A DNA stretch of 64,000 nt from Pedosphaera sp. (lineage in GTDB: Bacteria > Verrucomicrobiota > Verrucomicrobiia > Limisphaerales > SIBH01). The position numbers were made by a program, and so were the translations under genes. Positions 1 through 10,000 of this stretch are shown here, piece by piece. The stretch is taken from positions 31,100 through 95,099 of the forward strand of contig JANOQV010000012.1 of assembly GCA_031414955.1 (NCBI GenBank). Direction: 5' to 3'. The notes under the pieces were generated by a model. That model made no database searches. It was not told the origin of the DNA and saw nothing but the letters and a program-made list of their open reading frames with translations. Numbering within the stretch: the stretch's first letter is position 1; every line of letters starts with the position of its first letter.

Positions 1-83
1 CCAGTGTGACCAAGCAGGCCCAGGAACGGCTCAACGATTTTTCTTCTATCGCCGCCATCTCACTGCGCGTGTAAGTTCCGCGC

Positions 84-1172
84 ATGGAAGTTTTCAACCG
101 GATACTCAGGGCGGCCGTGGACGCGCACGCCTCTGATTTGCACATAAAAGTGGGCGGCCCGATCGTTCTGCGCATCAGTCGCCAGCTCATCGCTATCGAG
201 GCTCCCATTCCCACCGTCGAGTGGATGGATAATGTGATCACCCATCTCATTCCCCACCACATGAAGGCGCATTTTGATGAAAAGCGTGAGGCGGACTTTT
301 CCTATCTCGTCCACGGCATCGGGCGGTTCCGGACCAACGTCTTCCAGCAACGAGGCGAAATGGCCGTCGCCATGCGCTACGTCAAGGCCCAGGTGCCCGA
401 CTTCGAGCATCTGGGTTTGCCTCCCATCATGCGGCAGTTGGCCGAGTCGCCCCGCGGCATCGTGCTGCTGGCCGGCACCACTGGCTCGGGCAAATCCACC
501 TCGCTCGCCGCGATGATCGAGCACATCAATTGTAACTTCCGCAAACACATCGTCACCCTGGAAGACCCCATCGAGTACGTGTTCGAGGACAATCAATCCA
601 TCATCGAGCAACGCGAAGTCGGCCTCGATACTGAGACCTTTTACTCGGGCCTGCGCGCCGCCCTGCGCCAGGATCCGGACGTGGTGATGATTGGCGAAAT
701 GCGCGACTCCATCACGTTCGCGTCCGCCATGAATTCCGCCGACACAGGTCAAACAGTGCTCTCCACCGTTCACACCACCAACGCTTCGCAATCCATCGTC
801 CGCATCCTTGACTATTTCCGGGCGGATGAACGCGAGCAGGTGCGCCGCCAGTTGTCCGTCACCCTCAAGGCCGTCGTCTGCCAGCGCATGGTTCCCTCGC
901 TCGATGGCAAAATGGTTCCCGCCTGCGAGATCATGCTCAACACGCCCCTCGTGCGGAAACTTATCGAGGAGAATCGCCTCGACAAACTTTCCGTAGCGGT
1001 CGAGACCGGGGTCGATGACGGCATGCAGGATTTTAACAAAGCCGTCTTCGATCTCTACAACGCGGGCAAGATCTCCAAGGAAGAAGCCATGCTCAAGGCC
1101 AGCAACCCCGCCGCGCTGGAGATGAACCTCAAGGGCATCTTCCTCACCCAGGGCAGCCGGATTCTCGGGTAG
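84..1172 (+). CDS. pilT: Type IV pilus retraction ATPase, PilT/PilU family
   Basis: 362-aa ORF. Walker A 'GTTGSGKSTS', Asp-box 'DPDVVMIGEMRD', His-box region 'TGQTVLSTVHT', and an N-terminal 'ASDLHIKVGGP' segment typical of PilT. Confidence 0.9.
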   Translation: MEVFNRILRAAVDAHASDLHIKVGGPIVLRISRQLIAIEAPIPTVEWMDNVITHLIPHHMKAHFDEKREADFSYLVHGIGRFRTNVFQQRGEMAVAMRYVKAQVPDFEHLGLPPIMRQLAESPRGIVLLAGTTGSGKSTSLAAMIEHINCNFRKHIVTLEDPIEYVFEDNQSIIEQREVGLDTETFYSGLRAALRQDPDVVMIGEMRDSITFASAMNSADTGQTVLSTVHTTNASQSIVRILDYFRADEREQVRRQLSVTLKAVVCQRMVPSLDGKMVPACEIMLNTPLVRKLIEENRLDKLSVAVETGVDDGMQDFNKAVFDLYNAGKISKEEAMLKASNPAALEMNLKGIFLTQGSRILG

Positions 1173-1390
1173 GTCCGGAGCGCTTGGCCAAACCCTGGCG
1201 AGTCAGGCCCGATCAAACTGAACGCGCTTCGTTTTCACCATTCCCGCTTTCAGGCTGGCTCTCGTTGGGCGGACTTTGGGGGATGCGGTCGGTGGCGCTC
1301 GCCTTTCGCTACGGGTGCTTCCGTAGCGCCGCCGGAGAGAATGCAGTTGCACGAACCGACCTGACGGCTTTCATTGGCCGCAACCTGACT

Positions 1391-3253
1391 ATGATTCAAA
1401 CAAACACGCCGCTGAAAGTCTTCCTCGCCACCACCGCTCTTTTTCTTGCCACCCAGGGCGCGCGCGCAGCCGCCCTGCCGCCGGGATTTGTGGAGATCAC
1501 TCTGGCCAGCGGTTTCACGAATGCCAGCGCCCTGGTCGTGGCCCCCGATGGCCGCGTTTTCGTAGGACAGCAAAACGGCGTCATCAGGGTGGTGAAGAAT
1601 GGCGTCTTGCTGCCGACACCTTTCGTGCGCGTGCCGGCGGACTCGAACACCGATCGCGGCCTGATTGGTTTGACCATTGATCCTGGGTTCTTGAGCAACG
1701 ACCTGGTGTATGTGAGCTACACCGCCACGAACACGGCGGTCGCCGGAACTTTTCTCCAGCGCATCAGCCGGCTCACAGCCAGCGGCGATGTGGCCCTGCC
1801 CGGCAGCGAAACGATCTTGTTCGAGACCGATGCCTTCGCCGGGTCAGTGGTCCGCGAGGTAGGCGGTGGTTTGCGCTTCGGCCCGGACGGCTTGCTCTAC
1901 GCCGGCATGGGACGGAGCGGCCCGGATTCAAACTCTCAAACCCTGAACAGCCAGTTCGGGAAAATTCTACGCCTGAACAGTGATGGCAGCATTCCGCCCT
2001 CGAATCCGTTCTTTGCCACGGCGGTGGGGAAGAATCGCGCCATCTGGGCGGTGGGCTTGCGTAATCCCTTCGCCCTCTCCTTCCAACCCGGCACGGGCCG
2101 GATGTTCATCAACGATGTGGGCCAATTAACGCGGGAAGAAATCAACGAGGGGGTGATGGGCACGAATTACGGCTGGCCAGTGTGTGAAGGGCCTTGCGTC
2201 AGCGTGACCAACCTGAATCCCGTTTTCAGCTACTCGTCCGCCGCGCCGGCCGTGGAATGTGCCATCACGGGCGGCACATTCTACAATCCGGCCGCAGCGC
2301 TTTTCCCACCGCAGTTCGTAGGAAACTATTTTTACTCCGACTACTGTTCCTCCAAGATTTACGCCCTCCAGCCCGCCACGACGAATTCCACCGTCTTCGC
2401 CAGCAACATCGTCGGCTTTGTGGTGGCATTGGATGTGGGGCCGGAAGGATCGCTCTATTGTCTGGGCCACAGCGCCTCGCCGACGGGGGGCGGTGTCCTG
2501 AGCAAGTTCGTTCCGGGCGTCGAGACGCTGCTGCCCTTCGGCTCGACCTGGAAGTATCTCGACACCGGCATCTCCAACATCCCTGCCAACTGGGTGCAAT
2601 CTGCCTTCGACGACAGCACCTGGTCCAACGGACTAGCGCAGTTGGGCTGGGGCATCAACGGCGAAGTCACCCTCGTGCGCAGCAACCGCACCGACCTCAC
2701 CCGCATCACTACCACTTACTTTCGCAAGTCCTTCGTGCTGACCAATACCGCGCCTTACAGCAATTACGTGGTGAGTTTGGTCCGTGATGACGGCGGCGTG
2801 GTTTATCTGAACGGAACGGAAGTGTTTCGCAGCAACATGTCCACCGGGTTGATGACTTCGACCAATCTGGCCCTCGTCGGCATCGCCAATAACGACGAGC
2901 GGGCGACGCATGGCGCGGTGCTCAATCCCTCGTTGCTTCTACATGGCACCAACCAATTCGCCGTGGAGATTCACCAGCAGTCAATCGTTGGAACCTCCAT
3001 CGACATGAGCTTCGATCTCTCGCTGCTCGGAGTGAATGGCGGGGCCACGCTCCGCGCGCTCAGTTCCGGAGGCGGCATCACCCTGGCCTATCCGCTCTGG
3101 GCCTCGCGCTTCGCCGTCGAGTCCACAACCAACCTGACCACCGCGAGTTGGCTCCCGGTGCCGACGAACGGCGCGACCGCGGTCGGGAATGAACTGCAAC
3201 TGCCTCTGAACACGACCCAGCCTCTGGAAGTTTTCCGCCTGCGCAGCCCGTGA
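1391..3253 (+). CDS. Secreted PQQ-dependent sugar (glucose/sorbosone) dehydrogenase-like beta-propeller fused to a C-terminal jelly-roll module and a short C-terminal tail domain
   Basis: The ORF track starts at 1184, but the Met at 1391 begins a signal peptide (MIQTNTPLKVFLATTALFLATQGARA). 'LPPGFVEITLASGF..LVVAPDGRVFVGQQNGVIRVV', 'GLRNPF' and 'NYGWP' fit the SGDH fold. The C-terminal module carries 'WKYLD..W..FDDSTW..TTYFRKSF..RDDGGVVYLNGTEVFRSNM..AVEIHQ'. Confidence 0.75.
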   Translation: MIQTNTPLKVFLATTALFLATQGARAAALPPGFVEITLASGFTNASALVVAPDGRVFVGQQNGVIRVVKNGVLLPTPFVRVPADSNTDRGLIGLTIDPGFLSNDLVYVSYTATNTAVAGTFLQRISRLTASGDVALPGSETILFETDAFAGSVVREVGGGLRFGPDGLLYAGMGRSGPDSNSQTLNSQFGKILRLNSDGSIPPSNPFFATAVGKNRAIWAVGLRNPFALSFQPGTGRMFINDVGQLTREEINEGVMGTNYGWPVCEGPCVSVTNLNPVFSYSSAAPAVECAITGGTFYNPAAALFPPQFVGNYFYSDYCSSKIYALQPATTNSTVFASNIVGFVVALDVGPEGSLYCLGHSASPTGGGVLSKFVPGVETLLPFGSTWKYLDTGISNIPANWVQSAFDDSTWSNGLAQLGWGINGEVTLVRSNRTDLTRITTTYFRKSFVLTNTAPYSNYVVSLVRDDGGVVYLNGTEVFRSNMSTGLMTSTNLALVGIANNDERATHGAVLNPSLLLHGTNQFAVEIHQQSIVGTSIDMSFDLSLLGVNGGATLRALSSGGGITLAYPLWASRFAVESTTNLTTASWLPVPTNGATAVGNELQLPLNTTQPLEVFRLRSP

Positions 3254-3519
3254 GGACTGGAGTGCGGAGCCAGCCTCGCCCTGCCCGCGACTTTCGGCGG
3301 GTCGCCCCTCTGCGTTCGAAGCGGAGGAATCCTGCTTGTGCAAGGGAGCCTTCTCCATAGGATTCATTCCGTTGTCTGGGGGGCATCCGCGCGGAGGCTG
3401 GGAAACCGCTGGCTCGTCGGGCCGCGGGCCGGTGACCTGATCGTATGGCAGAACACCGGGCCATGGCTGGTTTCCGCGCCGCCCCACCCGACCTCGTTTG
3501 ATTCAACACAGTACTTAAA

Positions 3520-4485
3520 ATGAAAAAATATCTTTGGCCGGTGCTTGTCCCCATGTTCTTCACCCTGCTGTCGCTGGTCTCAGCCCAAGCCGCGACTCTC
3601 TTCCCCGTGCTGGTCGGCGACCGTTGGGGCTTCATCGACAAGTCCGGGACCGTGGTCATCAACCCGCAGTTCGAGCGCGCGGGCAACTTCGCCTCGGGCC
3701 TGGCGGAAGTGCGCCTGGGCAAGTGGGGCTACGTCGCTCCGTCGGGCAAGTTGGTCATCAACCCGCAGTTTGACCAGGCGGCCGGCTTCCAGGGTGGGCT
3801 GGCGGTAGTTGAGTTTGGCGACCGATTTGGCTTCATCAATGCCGAGGGCAAGTACGCCATCAACCCTCAGTTCGATGCCGCCGGCCCGTTCTCGGAAAAT
3901 CGAGCCGCAGTCAAACTCAAGCGCCTGCATGGCTACATCGACAAGACCGGTGGCATCGTGATCAACCCGCAGTTCCAAAGCGCGGAACCGTTCTCCGAGG
4001 GGCTGGCAGCCGTGGAATTAGGCGGTCGTTTTGGCTTCATCGATCCGGAGGGCAACATCGTCATCAATCCGCAGTTTGACAAAGCCAGTTCGTTTGCCTA
4101 CGGACTGGCCGCCTTCAAACTGAATCGGCGCTGGGGCTTCGTCAGCAAGGCCGGCAAGATCGTGATCAACCCGCAGTTCGACGAAGTTGGGCCGTTCGTG
4201 AAGGAAGTGGCGCCCGCGCGCCTGGGCAAGTGGGGTTACGTCGACGCGACGGGCAAGTTCACCATCAACCCGCAGTTTGACGAGGCGGGCGAATTCTCGG
4301 AAGGCCTGGCGCGGGTTCGGTTGGCCGGTCGCTGGGGCTTCATTGATCGCAGTGGCAAGTTCGCCATCAACCCCCAATTCGACGAGGCGATGTCCTTTAC
4401 CGACGGGCTGGCCCGGGTAAAGATCGGCCGCAAGATTGGCTACGTCGATCCCACCGGGAAGTACGTCTGGAATCCGGTGAACTGA
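3520..4485 (+). CDS. WG-repeat (KWG-type) secreted protein
   Basis: Signal peptide MKKYLWPVLVPMFFTLLSLVSAQA. About 9 tandem ~35-aa repeats follow, of the form 'WG(F/Y)ID..GK.VINPQFD.A..F..GLA.V'. Confidence 0.8.
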   Translation: MKKYLWPVLVPMFFTLLSLVSAQAATLFPVLVGDRWGFIDKSGTVVINPQFERAGNFASGLAEVRLGKWGYVAPSGKLVINPQFDQAAGFQGGLAVVEFGDRFGFINAEGKYAINPQFDAAGPFSENRAAVKLKRLHGYIDKTGGIVINPQFQSAEPFSEGLAAVELGGRFGFIDPEGNIVINPQFDKASSFAYGLAAFKLNRRWGFVSKAGKIVINPQFDEVGPFVKEVAPARLGKWGYVDATGKFTINPQFDEAGEFSEGLARVRLAGRWGFIDRSGKFAINPQFDEAMSFTDGLARVKIGRKIGYVDPTGKYVWNPVN

Positions 4486-4504
4486 GCGCCGAGGCCGTCC
4501 CGCC

Positions 4505-5125
4505 TCAGAACCGCACCATCAACCCGGCGGTGAAGCCCGCATAGGTCACGTCCTTTGTGGCCTGGGTCGGTCCTTGGACTTCGATGGACGAGCCATCGTA
4601 GCCAACCTCGATGGCCATGCCGATCTTCTTGCTCCGCCAAAAGTCGACCCCGACGGCGACCACCGGCCCTACTTGCGAAGACTCCACGTTGCGACCGCCG
4701 ACGATGGGGTACCGAAAGCCGACGCGCAGGTAGGGTGAGACATCCTTGTCCCGCAAAAAGGTGTAACGGAGATCGGCTCCGATGGGGACGACATAAGAGA
4801 CATCGTAGCTGTCCGACGATCCGTCGGAATAGATGGTGCGGTTGTTCAGGACAATGACGGTGGCGGGGCCGACATTCAGGCCGACGGCCAGACCGTTGTC
4901 GAATTCATAGTAGGGGTTCAGGGAAAGCCCGATAGGCACCACGACATTCTCTTCAAAACGATAACCCGCCGCCGTGTAGAGATCGTCCAGCGCGGACACG
5001 GCATCATTGATGCCAGAGGCATAGGTAATCCCCACCGGGAAGTAGAAGTGGCCCGCTTGCGCCGCCCCAGGCAGCGCGAGACCGGTGACGAGGGCAAGGA
5101 GGCATTTGAGCTGGCGTGTGTTCAT
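4505..5125 (-). CDS. Small outer-membrane beta-barrel protein (porin-family fold)
   Basis: Signal peptide ...ALPGAAQA. Alternating hydrophobic beta-strand pattern, Gly/Tyr rich, C-terminal '...GLMVRF' with a terminal aromatic residue. Confidence 0.6.
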   Translation of the reverse strand: MNTRQLKCLLALVTGLALPGAAQAGHFYFPVGITYASGINDAVSALDDLYTAAGYRFEENVVVPIGLSLNPYYEFDNGLAVGLNVGPATVIVLNNRTIYSDGSSDSYDVSYVVPIGADLRYTFLRDKDVSPYLRVGFRYPIVGGRNVESSQVGPVVAVGVDFWRSKKIGMAIEVGYDGSSIEVQGPTQATKDVTYAGFTAGLMVRF

Positions 5126-5430
5126 GGTGTTTCCTGTGTTTTGCCCTGGGCAACAGGGCGGTGTGCGTTTGGTCTTTTTTGGGCTTCCTCAAGGCTTTCT
5201 GTGCCCATTGCTGGATGTTGCGTAGAGCACGCGCCTGAGGAGTCGCTCGTTGCTATCCTCCGCTCCGAAGGTTGTCAAACGTCATCTTGTGGATAAATTT
5301 CGGCTCGGCGCAGTTTGCACGGCCGCTGCCGTGGGGCGGGATCAAGATCGGCGCGACGAAGTTGCTCGCCCATTTTTACTCCTTCTCGGTTGCGGCAGTA
5401 GCGCCAAGCCATGATACAACTTCGGTTGTC

Positions 5431-7062
5431 ATGCAAAGCACCAGGGTCCATTCATCTCGGAGACGCGGCCTCGGATGTTTCACCGGCCTGCTGCTGGCCC
5501 TGACGATCCAGGGAGCGGGGACGAAGAAAGAGCCGGGTGAAAAGTTCTTCACCGAGCTGATCCCGCGCACGTTTCACTTCGAGATTCCAGAAGCCACGAT
5601 GGCCCAGCTTCGCCGTTCGCCGCGCACTTATGTTTCAACCACCGTCCGCGAAGGCGACCGTGTGCTGACCAATGTTGCCGTCCGCGTCAAGGGCATGGGC
5701 AGCTTCCGCACCATCGATGAAAAGCCAAGCCTGGTGGTGAAGTTCGATGAGTTCGCCACCAACCAGCACTACCGCGGCCTACGCAAGCTCATGTTCAACA
5801 ACTCAGTCCAGGACTCGACCTACCTGGCCGAGTTGCTGGCCACGCAGATGTTCCGCGACGCCGGCGTGCCGGCGGCGCGCGGCACTCATGCGAGAGTGAC
5901 CTTGAACGGTCGCGACCTCGGCCTCTTCGTGGTCTTCGAGGCCATGAACAAGCAGTTCCTCAAGCAGCATTTCCCGAGCGGCAACGGCAACCTGTATGAG
6001 ACTTACGTCCGCGACATCGACGTGACGATGGAACAGGACGGCGGAAGCGACACCTCGCAGTCGGACGTGGCCGCCCTGCTCGCCGCCTGCCGCATCTCCG
6101 AACTGGCGGCGCGCTGGCGGGAATTGCAGAAGGTGCTCGATGTGGATCGATTCATCTCGTTCGCGGCGATGGAGGTTCTCACCAGCCATTGGGATGGCTA
6201 CGTGATGCACACCAACAACTTCCGGCTCTACCACGATCCAGTGACCGACAAGTTCGCCTTCATCACGCACGGCATCGACTGGGCCTTTCGCCGACCGAAC
6301 ATCTCCATCCATCCACCGCCGAAAAGTCTGGTGGGCCGGGCCGTGCTGGAAACGCCGGAAGGTCAACGGCTCTTCCGCGAACGCCTCGGCACGCTCTTCA
6401 CCAATTACTTTCGTGGGCCGGTGATCACCAACCGCCTCGAACAGGCGCTGGCGAAAATCCGCCGGGCCAACTTAAACGCCAGCGACCTGGAGAAGATCGA
6501 ACGTCGCGCCATCTGGTTGCGGCAACAGATTGAAGCCCGCGCCGCCAAGGTCAGCGAGCAACTGCGCGGAATCCCGTTGGCGCCGATGAAGTTCGGGCCG
6601 GACGGCACCGTGAGCCTGAGCGAAACCAATCGCTGGCGCGACGAGCCGGATCGCGGTGACGCGCGGATGGACCGCGGGAAGGTGGACGGGCACAACGCAC
6701 TGCACATCGCGGCGCGCAACGAGCGCACGCGCGCCTCGTGGCGGGCGCAGGTTTATCTGGCGCGGGGCTGGTATCGCTTTGAAGGTTTGGCGCGCACGGA
6801 AACTTTGAGCGGCGGCTCGGTGCGCCTGCGCATCTCAGGCGACACCCGCAGCGTCGGCATCGCGGATACGCGTGGCAGTTGGCGTCCGCTGACCCATGAC
6901 TTCGAAGTGGTGGACACCGGCATGGACATCGAGTTCGTCTGCGAACTGACCGCGATGCAAGGCGAGGTGTGGTTCGACATCGATTCGCTCAAGGTTCGGA
7001 AGTTGAACGCTGACGAAGCGCGCCCGGCCAACAATCTCCGCCGGACTATTTTGGAACAGTGA
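5431..7062 (+). CDS. CotH-family (spore-coat-kinase-like) secreted protein with a C-terminal carbohydrate-binding-like domain
   Basis: The Met at 5431 precedes a hydrophobic signal segment (CFTGLLLALTIQGAG). 'PSLVVKFDEF...YRGLRKLMFNNSVQDSTYLAELLATQMFRDAGVPAARGTHARVTLNGRDLGLFVVFEAMNKQFLKQHF' and 'SHWDGY..NNFRLYHDP' match the CotH signature. Confidence 0.8.
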   Translation: MQSTRVHSSRRRGLGCFTGLLLALTIQGAGTKKEPGEKFFTELIPRTFHFEIPEATMAQLRRSPRTYVSTTVREGDRVLTNVAVRVKGMGSFRTIDEKPSLVVKFDEFATNQHYRGLRKLMFNNSVQDSTYLAELLATQMFRDAGVPAARGTHARVTLNGRDLGLFVVFEAMNKQFLKQHFPSGNGNLYETYVRDIDVTMEQDGGSDTSQSDVAALLAACRISELAARWRELQKVLDVDRFISFAAMEVLTSHWDGYVMHTNNFRLYHDPVTDKFAFITHGIDWAFRRPNISIHPPPKSLVGRAVLETPEGQRLFRERLGTLFTNYFRGPVITNRLEQALAKIRRANLNASDLEKIERRAIWLRQQIEARAAKVSEQLRGIPLAPMKFGPDGTVSLSETNRWRDEPDRGDARMDRGKVDGHNALHIAARNERTRASWRAQVYLARGWYRFEGLARTETLSGGSVRLRISGDTRSVGIADTRGSWRPLTHDFEVVDTGMDIEFVCELTAMQGEVWFDIDSLKVRKLNADEARPANNLRRTILEQ

Positions 7063-7083
7063 ACTGCACCGACGCTCCGTGCG

Positions 7084-10000
7084 CTACGCCAGCACGTCCG
7101 CCAGGAATCGACCAGTGTGCGAGCCTTTGGTCCGCGCCACCTGCTCCGGCGTGCCCTGCGCCACCAGCGTGCCGCCGGCTTCGCCCGCCTCGGGACCGAG
7201 ATCGATCACCCAGTCGGCCTCGGCGATGAGGTCGAGGTTATGCTCGATGACGATGACGGAGTGTCCGGCCTCGACGAGCCGCTGAATCATTTCCACCAAT
7301 CGCCGCACATCGGCCATGTGCAATCCGATGGTGGGTTCCTCGAGGATGAACAGGTTGCGCTTCTGCTTGGGGTCGAACAGCGTGGGTTGCCTGAGTCCGG
7401 TGAGCAGATGCGTGACGAGCTTGACCCGCTGCGCCTCACCACCGCTCAAGGTCGGGCTGGTCTGGCCGAGTTGGAGGTAGCCCAACCCCGTGTCGCGCAA
7501 CGCCTCGATGGGCCGTTTGATTTTCGGGAAGCTCGCGAAGAACTCGATGGCTTCCTCGACCGCCAGATCCAGCACCTGCGCGATGTTCCGGCCCTTGTAT
7601 TCGATGTCGAGGGTCTCGCGATTGAACCGGCTCCCGCCGCACGTCTCGCAACGCACGTAAGCCGGCGGCAGGAAGTTCATCTCCAGCTTGATCTGGCCCG
7701 CGCCCTCGCATTCGGGGCAACGACCCTGCGCGCTGTTGAAGGAAAATCTTCCCGGCCCGTAGCCGCGCATCCGGGCCTCGGGCGTCTGGGCGAAGAGCGC
7801 GCGGATGTCGTCGAAGAAACCGACATAGGTCGCCGGCGTGGAGCGTGGCGTGCGTCCGATGGGCGATTGATCGACTTCATAGACTGCGGCGATTTGCTCG
7901 TGACCAGAAACAATCTCGCCCGAAGGCGGCCCGACCTTGGACGCTCGCTCGCGCTTTATCGGAGTTGGACCTTGGCCCTTGGACCGCTTCAGCTTCCCCA
8001 GGAGCGTGGGCAACAAACACTCCCGGATAAGCGTGCTCTTGCCCGAGCCGCTCACGCCGGTCACCACCACGAAGCGATTCAGGGGAAACTCGACGGTGAG
8101 GTTTTTGAGATTGTGAACGGACGCGCCGCGCAGCACCAACGTGCCCCCGGCGTCCCGCCGGGTCGGGGCGCTCTCCGTCCGGGCAGTCCTCCTGGGCTTG
8201 AGCACGGAACCCGGCGGGACGCCGGGGGCACGTTGCACTGACCGCCTCTCCCCGCGCGCCGGATACTGCTTATGTTCCCGCAGGCAGCGCCCCGTGATGG
8301 AGTCCTCTTGCCGCAACAACTCGGCCAGCGTTCCAGCCGCGACAACCACGCCGCCTTGCACGCCGGCACCGGGGCCAAGGTCCACGATGAAATCCGCGCG
8401 ACGCATGGTCGCTTCATCATGTTCGACGACCACGAGCGAATTGCCGCGCGCCCGCAACTGCTCCAGGGTGGCGATAAGCTGCTCATTGTCGCGCGCGTGC
8501 AGGCCGATGGTCGGCTCGTCGAGCACGTAGAGCACGCCGCAGAGGTTGGAACCAAGCTGGGCCGCAAGCCGGATGCGCTGGGCTTCCCCGCTGGAGAGCG
8601 TGGTCACGCTGCGACCCAGTTGCAGATAACCCAGACCCACTTCGAACAGAAACTTCAGCCGCTCGGAAATTTCCGGAATCATGTCGCGAGCGATGAGCGC
8701 CTCGCGTCCGCTGAACTGGAGCGTGCGGAAAAACTGCGCGGCCTGCGCCACCGACAGTTGAGCGACCGAATCGATAGTGGGCGGCTTTGGACCTTGGACG
8801 CTCGCTCGCGATTTATCGGAGTTGGACCTTGGACCCACACAATCAAGCCGCACCGCGCGCGCGATCTCGTTCAGCCGCCCGCCGTGGCACGTCGGGCACT
8901 CCTCGCGCTTGCCTTCCTGCCATCCAAACCATGACTCCTCGATGGCATCGGCCCGCGCGCCCCGCTCCACGTCTGGGAGGTAGAACAACTCGCCAAAGCC
9001 GCGGCATTGGGGACACCAGCCCTGCGACGAGTTGTAGCTGAACATCTTCGGGTCGAGCGGCTGAAAGGAGCGCCCGCACTGACCGCAGGCGCGCTCGGTC
9101 GAATGCACGCTCACATGCTGCTGGTCGTCCACCGCGAGCAAAGTGCCGTGGCCGAGGTCGAGCGTGGTGTCGATAAGTTGTTGCGGGGTGCGCTGGCCGG
9201 GCGCGGTGTTCTCACCGCGCCGGGCGGCGGACGACGTTCGCGGCGCGCTGAGGACAGCGCGCCCTACCTTGCGAGGTTTTGCTTCCAGCACCCCGGTCAC
9301 GATCTCCACATCGTGCTCCTTGAAACGGTCGAGACGCAAAGGCTTGTCGGTGCGGACCAGTTTTCCGTCGGCGCGAACTTCGGCGTAGCCGTGCTTCGCG
9401 GCCCACTCGGCGACGTCGGTATGGAAGCCCTTGCGGTTCTTGACCACGGGCGCGAGCAGCAGCAAATCACCGCGTTGCTTCATCTCCTTTTGCAACTGCG
9501 CCCGCAACTGGTCCCGGGTCTGCGGCTCCACCGGAATCTGGCAGGCCGGACAATACTGAGTGCCGAGCCGGGCCATGAGCAGGCGAATGAAATGATAAAC
9601 CTCGGTGACGGTGGCGACCGTGCTCTTGCCGCCGCCGCGCGTGGTGCGCTGCTCGATGCTGACCGCGGGCGGGAGGCCGGTGATGAGATCCACATCCGGC
9701 CGCGCCATCTGTTCCACAAACTGCCGCGCGTAGGCGTTCATGGAATCGAGAAAGCGCCGCTGCCCTTCGGCGAACAGCAAGTCGAAGGCGAGCGTGCTTT
9801 TGCCCGAGCCGCTTACGCCGGTGATGACGACAAACTTCCCGCGCGGGATGTCGAGCGAGATGTTCTTCAAGTTATGCTGGCGCGCGCCCAGGATGCGGAT
9901 GACATCCGGGCTGGCAACGAGAGTCAGAGGCGTGGGCGCGACGTTCACGGCGGGAGGAGTAACATGAGTCGGTCGAAACGCCAAAATTGAAACCCCGCCT

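Noticed and set aside
3-74. Open frame running in from the left edge and ending at the TAA at 72-74 ('...VTKQAQERLNDFSSIAAISLRV*')
   Set aside because: Only 23 codons are visible and there is no recognisable motif. This is too little to support a gene call.
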